From Lachnospiraceae bacterium UBA1778 (GTDB lineage Bacteria > Bacillota > Clostridia > Lachnospirales > Lachnospiraceae): a DNA stretch of 54,783 nucleotides. The DNA lies in NCBI GenBank assembly GCA_002315255.1, contig DCGM01000106.1, positions 9,064 to 63,846 on the forward strand, read 5' to 3'. Position 1 is the first letter of the stretch. Every line of letters starts with the position of its first letter. The notes under the pieces are model-generated. The model was not told the origin of the DNA. It did no database searches and saw nothing but the letters and a program-made list of their open reading frames with translations. A program made the translations under genes and the position numbers. Shown piece by piece: positions 47,548 to 53,600 of the stretch.

Positions 47548-47569
47548 AGTTCTCACCTCATATGGTCAA

Positions 47570-48988
47570 TTACGCTCCCACCTGAAGTTTCAGTTCCCGG
47601 TCGACTAAAATGTCTTCGCCTTCATAATCACCGGAAACCGGTCCCATCTGAAGGGTTACACCGAGTTTGGAAAGAGCTGCGCGGTCTTTCTTACGGTCCA
47701 GGTTATTGGAGAGAAGCACCGCGCCGGCTTTTGCGAGTGATGCGTAGATTCGTTCGGTTCTCGGGTCTTCCAGAAGCTCCTGGGAGTTCTGTCCGATCGA
47801 AATGTACGTTCCGTCGAAATCTTTCGCATCCATCACGGTAAGCTCTGTGGGAAGCATGTCTTTAAAGAGGATCCGGACGCCCAAGCTCTGAAGGTCTGCG
47901 ATATTTTCGAGAAGGCCTTTCGTCTGCTTTAAGAAGTCCTCCTGCGGAACTTCGAGGCAGAGCTGCTTCGGTTCTACGCCGGTATCCTTTAAAATCCCTT
48001 CGATCTCCTTTTCGGACGCCTTACGGCTCATATATCCGCCGGGGATCTCAACTGCGACATAATCGCACGGGATGCTGCAGGCATTGAAACGGTTAATCGC
48101 GTCACAGGCTTCTAAGATAAAATAGCTTCCGAGGTCGTTCTGAAGTTTTTCTCTTTTAATAAGGGGTGCGACCTCTTCGTAGGTTTTCCAGTCCTCACGG
48201 ACTCTGAAACGCATAGAAGCTTCAAATCCTGAACGGTTGCCGTTCTTTCTTTCAAGGATCGGACGATAGACCAGCGAAAACGGTCTGCTCACGGTCCGAC
48301 GGATGAAAGTATCTGTAGTCGGCACGACACGGCTTTTTTCAATGTGTGCCGAAAAGATCTTTCTCAGTCTCGGCCGGGCGGTCTTAAAGACCTCCACGAT
48401 TTCCGGATCGAAGTTCGTTCCGGCTTCTGCCTGAATCCGTTCCATCGCATCGTCAAACGGTGTTTCGGAGCGGCGCTCCATCACGTAGTGATCAAAGCAG
48501 TCGCAGATGGCGCACATGCGGCCGAGGATCGGAATGTTCGTTCCTTTCAGGTGTCCCGGAAATCCGGTGCCGTCCCAGCGTTCGTGATGGGATTCGCAAA
48601 CCTCCCGGAAGAAATTCAATTCCACGTTCTTATAAGTTTTGTTCGCTCCGAAGAGCGTATCAATCAGTCTGACGGAGTCCTGCGTATGTCTTCTGAATAA
48701 CGCGGTCTCCTCCGGAGAGAAATCTTCGCGCCAGGTCTGGTACGGTTCCGGCACCAATGCTTTTCCGAGATCGTGATACTGTCCGGAGAGGGAGATCACA
48801 TTGCGGTGGTCTTCTCTTAAACGGACACGCGCTTTCGCGTCGTCTAAGTAGATATCGGTCATGCAGCACTGGATGAATAAAACGTCGAGATACTCGCCTA
48901 CCCGTTTGCTGTGGGCCTGGACGTCATCCGCCAGAGATTTCACGGTATCATCAATACTGTTAAATGTTCTTCTTAATGTATCATCCAA
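47570..48988 (-). CDS. HD-GYP domain protein fused to a degenerate EAL-like domain (472 aa); putative c-di-GMP phosphodiesterase/sensor
   Basis: The TTG start at 48988 has AAAGGAAG 7 nt upstream.
- HD-GYP signatures: GQYHDLGKALVP and SHHERWDGTGFPGHLKGTNIPILGRMCAICDCFD.
- The C-terminal half begins FSLVYRPILERKNGNRSGFEASMRF (EAL box reads EAS).
- It lacks the usual N, E.tE, DDFG and K.D residues (YVAVEIPGG, LCLEVPQ, ILFKDML). Confidence 0.8.
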   Translation of the reverse strand: MDDTLRRTFNSIDDTVKSLADDVQAHSKRVGEYLDVLFIQCCMTDIYLDDAKARVRLREDHRNVISLSGQYHDLGKALVPEPYQTWREDFSPEETALFRRHTQDSVRLIDTLFGANKTYKNVELNFFREVCESHHERWDGTGFPGHLKGTNIPILGRMCAICDCFDHYVMERRSETPFDDAMERIQAEAGTNFDPEIVEVFKTARPRLRKIFSAHIEKSRVVPTTDTFIRRTVSRPFSLVYRPILERKNGNRSGFEASMRFRVREDWKTYEEVAPLIKREKLQNDLGSYFILEACDAINRFNACSIPCDYVAVEIPGGYMSRKASEKEIEGILKDTGVEPKQLCLEVPQEDFLKQTKGLLENIADLQSLGVRILFKDMLPTELTVMDAKDFDGTYISIGQNSQELLEDPRTERIYASLAKAGAVLLSNNLDRKKDRAALSKLGVTLQMGPVSGDYEGEDILVDRELKLQVGA

Positions 48989-49036
48989 GGCGGTTCTTCC
49001 TTTTCTTTCCGATCGTGGCTTCCTTTTGGAAACCGG

Positions 49037-49750
49037 TTATTTGATTCGCTTGTGCCGGATCACTGCCAGGACAATCAGGAACAGATTGAAGAGGAGGAGT
49101 GAAACGACTGCGATGAAAATAGCTAAGTTTGCTTTGTAGAACTGGAGAACAACTTCGAATAAGAAGCCCAGTCCTAAAAGAAGGAGGTACGGGATCGCGA
49201 GAAGCAGTAAGATCTTTAAGATCAATGCGATCACGGATTTCGAATTTGCGAAGAAGCGGATGACCGGGACATTGGAGAACCCGTCTAAGAATCCGACTTT
49301 AATCTTCTTCTCTTCGGCCGCTTTCTTTTTCGCGAGCTGCACTTCTCTTCGTTTCGCCGCTTTCTCTTCTTTAATCTTTTCGGCATTCTCTTCGCGTTCG
49401 AGAAGTTCTTTCGCTTTTTCCGCTTTCTTTGCAGCTTTCTCATTGATGGAGCCGGTCGCCGCTTTCATAATCATCTCAGCGGTTTCTTCGTCGATCTCTG
49501 AAGGAGCGCTTGCAGCTTTCTTCGGTTTCGGCTGCGGCGCTTCCGCCTCGGCCTTCCCCTGCGCCTGACGCGCTTTCGCTTTTGCGATGCGGTCCTGGAT
49601 ATTGGAAGCTGCCGGTGTGGGCTCTTCGCTCTTTTCAGAAACTTTCTTTTCGGAAGCTTTCTTGTCTGAAGCAACCATCTGCTCAGCCAGCTTTAAAAGC
49701 TCCTGTGCTTCCTCTTCGGTCATTCCACGATTTACATTTTCATTGTTCAT
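49037..49750 (-). CDS. K/E/A-rich protein with a C-terminal double-TM anchor, unknown function (237 aa)
   Basis: The ATG at 49750 has AAAGGAG 11 nt upstream. A ~165-aa low-complexity charged region (MTEEEAQELLKLAEQM..., KAKARQAQGKAEAEAPQPKPKK, EKAKELLEREENAEKIKEEKAAKRREVQLAKKKAAEEKK) is followed by VIALILKILLLLAIPYLLLLGLGFLF and LAIFIAVVSLLLFNLFLIVLAVI, ending RHKRIK. Confidence 0.7.
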   Translation of the reverse strand: MNNENVNRGMTEEEAQELLKLAEQMVASDKKASEKKVSEKSEEPTPAASNIQDRIAKAKARQAQGKAEAEAPQPKPKKAASAPSEIDEETAEMIMKAATGSINEKAAKKAEKAKELLEREENAEKIKEEKAAKRREVQLAKKKAAEEKKIKVGFLDGFSNVPVIRFFANSKSVIALILKILLLLAIPYLLLLGLGFLFEVVLQFYKANLAIFIAVVSLLLFNLFLIVLAVIRHKRIK

Positions 49751-49943
49751 ACTCTTATTAACTCCTTTTCATCTTTAAAGACCGTTTCTCAATTCGTTGT
49801 CGGGAGGCTTCACACTTTCCTTTCCGACCGGAGGAAAAGCTTTCACTCCGAGAGGGTTTTTGATGATGACAAGCGTATCCTAACAACAGTTTGTGACAGA
49901 AATGTGTACTGTTTTGCAAAAAACTGTGACACTGAACAGAGTG

Positions 49944-50070
49944 TTCGGGACTTCACAGATTCTTCATTTTGTCGGGACATTTCCTTCATTCTCTCAGGAC
50001 AATTCCTGCATTTTTCCGGAACATTCCCGGCTTTTTACTGGGACATATCGACGATTTCCGGGACGGAAAC
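49944..50070. repeat. Phased array of about six degenerate ~22-bp direct repeats with core GGACATTTCC (GGA-N4-TCC)
   Basis: + strand cores:
- cgGGACttcac at 49946;
- cgGGACATTTCC at 49973;
- caGGACAATTCC at 49995;
- ccGGAACATTCC at 50016;
- ctGGGACATATCG at 50038;
- ccGGGACGGAAAC at 50058.
Spacing is 27, 22, 21, 22 and 20 bp. Copies 1-4 lie in the spacer upstream of the 237-aa gene, and copies 5-6 lie in the last 12 codons of the 150-aa gene. Confidence 0.6.
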
Positions 50071-50487
50071 CAGATCTCCGAACAGGTTATGGTTCAGGAT
50101 GGTGAAATCGGACAGAAGCTTTAAATGCTTTCCGTCAAACTGAATGGTGACGCGGATGTCTTTATAAGTGCAGGAATAGATGTTCACACTCCCCTCTTCA
50201 TCCTCTGACACGGATCTCTCAACTTTCTTTAAGGTAAAGAATTTATACATGGCGCGTTCCTTCGCGACCAACGTGACCGGAGCATCGAAACTCTTCATCC
50301 GGTTCTTGATTTCCATATACTGTTTGGCAAAATGCGGAACGATCAGTATCCGCTGATAGCCGGGTTTGTTATAGCTGTAGATTAGCTGCTCGCCGACGCG
50401 GATTACTTTCTCTAACGGATATCGCGAGCCGCGCCAATTGATATAACCGTCTTCCGGTTTTACGAGAACATTATAAACTTCTTCCAT
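50035..50487 (-). CDS. Hypothetical cytoplasmic protein (150 aa)
   Basis: A strong RBS (AAAGGAGGAAGGGATC-ATG) is present. There is no signal peptide or TM, and I recognise no motifs (MEEVYNVLVKPEDGYINWRGSRYPLEKVIRVGEQLIYSYNKPGYQRILIVPHF...). Confidence 0.6.
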   Translation of the reverse strand: MEEVYNVLVKPEDGYINWRGSRYPLEKVIRVGEQLIYSYNKPGYQRILIVPHFAKQYMEIKNRMKSFDAPVTLVAKERAMYKFFTLKKVERSVSEDEEGSVNIYSCTYKDIRVTIQFDGKHLKLLSDFTILNHNLFGDLVSVPEIVDMSQ

Positions 50488-50503
50488 GATCCCTTCCTCC
50501 TTT

Positions 50504-50582
50504 ACGGTTTTCTGCTCCGGGAGGGCTTCAATCCTTCCCGAAACGGTTTTCTGCTCCGGGAGGGCCTGAAGCCCTCCCGGAA
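50504..50582 (-). repeat. Duplicated 23-nt element (acggttttctgctccgggagggc, 50504-50526 and 50543-50565), each copy forming a GC-rich hairpin
   Basis: The 23-mer is repeated exactly, 39 nt apart. The distal copy forms an 11-bp stem tCCGGGAGGGC-ctgaa-GCCCTCCCGGa (50555-50581). The proximal copy forms a weaker GGGAGGG/CCTTCCC stem. The elements lie between the MBG-repeat gene stop (50638) and the RBS of the 150-aa gene. No U-tract follows on the minus strand. Confidence 0.6.
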
Positions 50583-50637
50583 GCTTAAATCTGCCGGTTT
50601 TCGCCGGGTTAATGCTTTTTTAGGAATCAACGGCTGT

Positions 50638-53600
50638 TTATTTCGTTTCAGCCGCTAATGCCGCTTTTTTCTCCTCTTCCGCTTTCTTTTCCTTATCCTT
50701 CTTCTTTTTTACGATGATAAGGATCACGGTGAGGAGGATGATGACTGCGAGCACAATGAGGATCCACCACGGGAACGTGACGCCTAAGAGGACGAAGTTC
50801 GAGAAGTGGTCGGTCTTAAAGACGACATAGTTGCCTTCTCTCGTCGTGTCGAAGAACTCAATCCGGTTGTCCTTGTCGATGTAGACCATCTGAAGGTTCG
50901 TCGCGAAGCGGAGGTTCTCCGGAAGGAGGATCTTCACCGTATAGACGCCGTTAAACTCGGTGATCCAGACATTGTCGACTAAGAAGCCGATATCGTAGGT
51001 TTCCATGATCGAGCGCCAGGTTAAGAGCGGCTTCAGCTCGTCTCCGTACTTGCCCTTTAAGGAGGAGACGGAAGAACCGTAGTAACGATAGCCGTCGCCC
51101 GTATCGCGGATGTCACGGTAAATCGCGAAGCAGCCGAAGAAGTCCGGATCGGCCGGGTCAATGATCAGCTTTCCGCCGTACGGGAGGCCGAGTTCATTGT
51201 AAACATCGCCCCAGTAGCCGTCTGAACCTTCCGCATACTCTTCTGCATCCTTTTCGCCGCGCCACAGCTCGACCGGGCGGATGACGAAAATGCATTCTGC
51301 ATAGAACTCGGAATAGTCGTTCGTTGCAGGAACGGTCGCGCGGACCTTATAGACGCCGGGCTCGGTCGGGAGTTCCGCACTCAGTTCGTCGGAGCCGGAG
51401 AGTCCGTAGGTGAAGACCGGTGTGCCGTAAATCGCGGTAGCGTGCGGCGCATTGATCGTTTCATCGTAGCGGCCGGTCGTCCAGCCTTCGATCGTCACAG
51501 AGAAGATCTCGTTCTTCGCAATGCCGATCTTCCAGGAGACGGTCTTCGTGCCGGTGTAATTGCCGGTGCCGGTAAGCGTCATCTGATAGGTGTCTGCGGA
51601 GGTGCCTTTGTTTCCGGTGACGGTGTAATCGGTGCCGCCCTGTAAGAGAAGTTCGTTTCCGTTCTCTTTCGCCTTTACGGAAAGGATGCCTTCGGTCTGC
51701 TCCTCACCGTTATAGGTTAACGTATCCTTTAAGATGACTTCGACGTCTTTGAGGTCCTTCGGAAGGACGGTCAGCGTGCCGAAAGCGGTCGTAACGGTGT
51801 AATCGGAAGCGAGCGCATGGTCAAAGACTAAGCGGCCGCTGTTCTTCGATTCGCCGGCATCCGTCTGCGTTCCGGTGATCTCGAGGTGCGCCTTTTCGCC
51901 TGACAAAAGACCAATGATCTTTCCGCCTGCCGTAAGTGCAGTGCCGTCATAGACGCGGGTTGCGCTTTCAGTCGAAACCTGAAGCGGAATCGGGCGGATG
52001 ACGAAATCCAGTGAAACGGTCTCGTCTTCCGGAAGCGCGTAGTTGCTGTTCTCAACCGCGGTAAGCGCTGCGGTATAGCTTCCTGCGTGGATTCCTTCAC
52101 CGGTCAATGTATAAGCGCATTCATCGGTTCCGCAGAGGTTCGTAAACTCGAACGTCGGGATCTGAGCTTTTCCGTTATAGCTGAATTCAGCTGCGCCCCA
52201 AGCGATTTCGAGGACCTTCGGAGAAATCGTCCAGTTCTTAACGACGGTTCCTGAGAAGTTTCCGATACCGTTAATCGTAAGCGTGTACGTGCCGGCATCC
52301 GTCTCTTCCGAAATCACAAGTTCATAATCGGTGCCTTCGACGAGCGTGAGCGTCTTCCCGTTCGAAACGACGGTAACGCTGTCAATCGTCTGCTTGTGCG
52401 GCGCGCCGTCATAGATGATGTCGCCGCTAAAGTTTACGGTAATGTCGTCAACGCTCTTCTTCTTAATAGACAGCGTGCCGACGGTAACGGTGCCGATCGT
52501 GTAATTGCTGCTCTTCGCGGTCTTATCAAACGCGAGCGTATACGTATTTTCCGCCGTGCCGAACGCAGTAATCGTTCCGGTCGTTTCGAAGGAAACGGTT
52601 TCGCCGTTCTGGAGGCCGTTGATCTTACCTTCCTTCGTAAGCGGCGTGCCGTCGTAGGTCTTCTCGTCATCCGGGGTCACGATCGTGATCGTCGCCGGTT
52701 TGATGGTGAACGGAGTGGTTCCTGCAGTCGCTTCAAAGACATAGTCGGTTGTGACGACGCCGTCACGCTTGACTTCCGCCGCTGCGGTCGCCGTGTAATT
52801 TTCGCCGGTCGCATTGGCATCGGTCTTTTCGCCGGAAACCGTTAAGGAGAGGTTCTCGCCGGTGACTGCGTTTCCGATCTCTGCGGTCGGGAGCTGCGGC
52901 TTTCCGTTGTAGGTAAGCTCGAGGTTCTTCCAGTTGACCGTAATCGTCCGCGGGGCAATCTTTATGGTGCTGTCGTTAAACTTCAGGTTGAGGTTATCGG
53001 TAACATCAATGCCCTGCTTGTTCCGGATGATGAGCGTGTCGCACTTCGCGGTCTTCGTGCCGTCTGAGACATGAGTGACCGTCGCGCTTGCGGTCGCCTT
53101 AATCAAGGTGTATCCGGTCGGAAGCGTAGAGACGTCTACTGTAGCGCCGTGCGCTTGGCCGTCATAGGTGTACGTGCCGCCGTTTACAGTGATCGTGATT
53201 TCGGACGTGTTCTCCGATACGGAGAGCGTTCCGACCGTTTCATTGATCGTGTAATCGGTCGAAGCAGCCGTCTTATCCCAGGTGATCGAGTACGTGTTCT
53301 TCGAAGAACCGGTAGCGGTCTGCGAGCCGGTCGTCTTAAATGTCGCGGTCTCGCCGTTCACAAATCCGCTGATCGAGCCTTCAGATGTGAGCGGGTCGCC
53401 GTCGTAGGTCTTACTGCTGCTCGGCATATTGACCGTCAGCGTAGCCTTCGTCACGGAGATCGATGCGCTGCCCTTCGTAATGTTGAGTTTATCCGTAACA
53501 TCGATTCCCTGCTTATTCTTAATGACGAGCGTGTCAACCTTCGCGGTCTTCGTGCCGTCTGCCACATGGGTGACGCTGGTATTGCTCTCCATCGTGATGA

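Noticed and set aside
49944-50070. Possibility that the 22-bp repeats are a small CRISPR array
   Set aside because: The units are contiguous with no spacers, too short and too degenerate. No cas genes or leader are present.
49893-50143. Two overlapping + strand ORFs (70 and 79 aa) across the 22-bp repeat array
   Set aside because: Their internally repetitive peptides simply reflect the DNA repeats. They have no RBS and are on the opposite strand to every supported gene.
50035-50487. 150-aa protein as a PilZ-type c-di-GMP receptor
   Set aside because: WRGSRY gives R..R rather than the RxxxR motif. No convincing (D/N)xSxxG follows. Context alone is insufficient.
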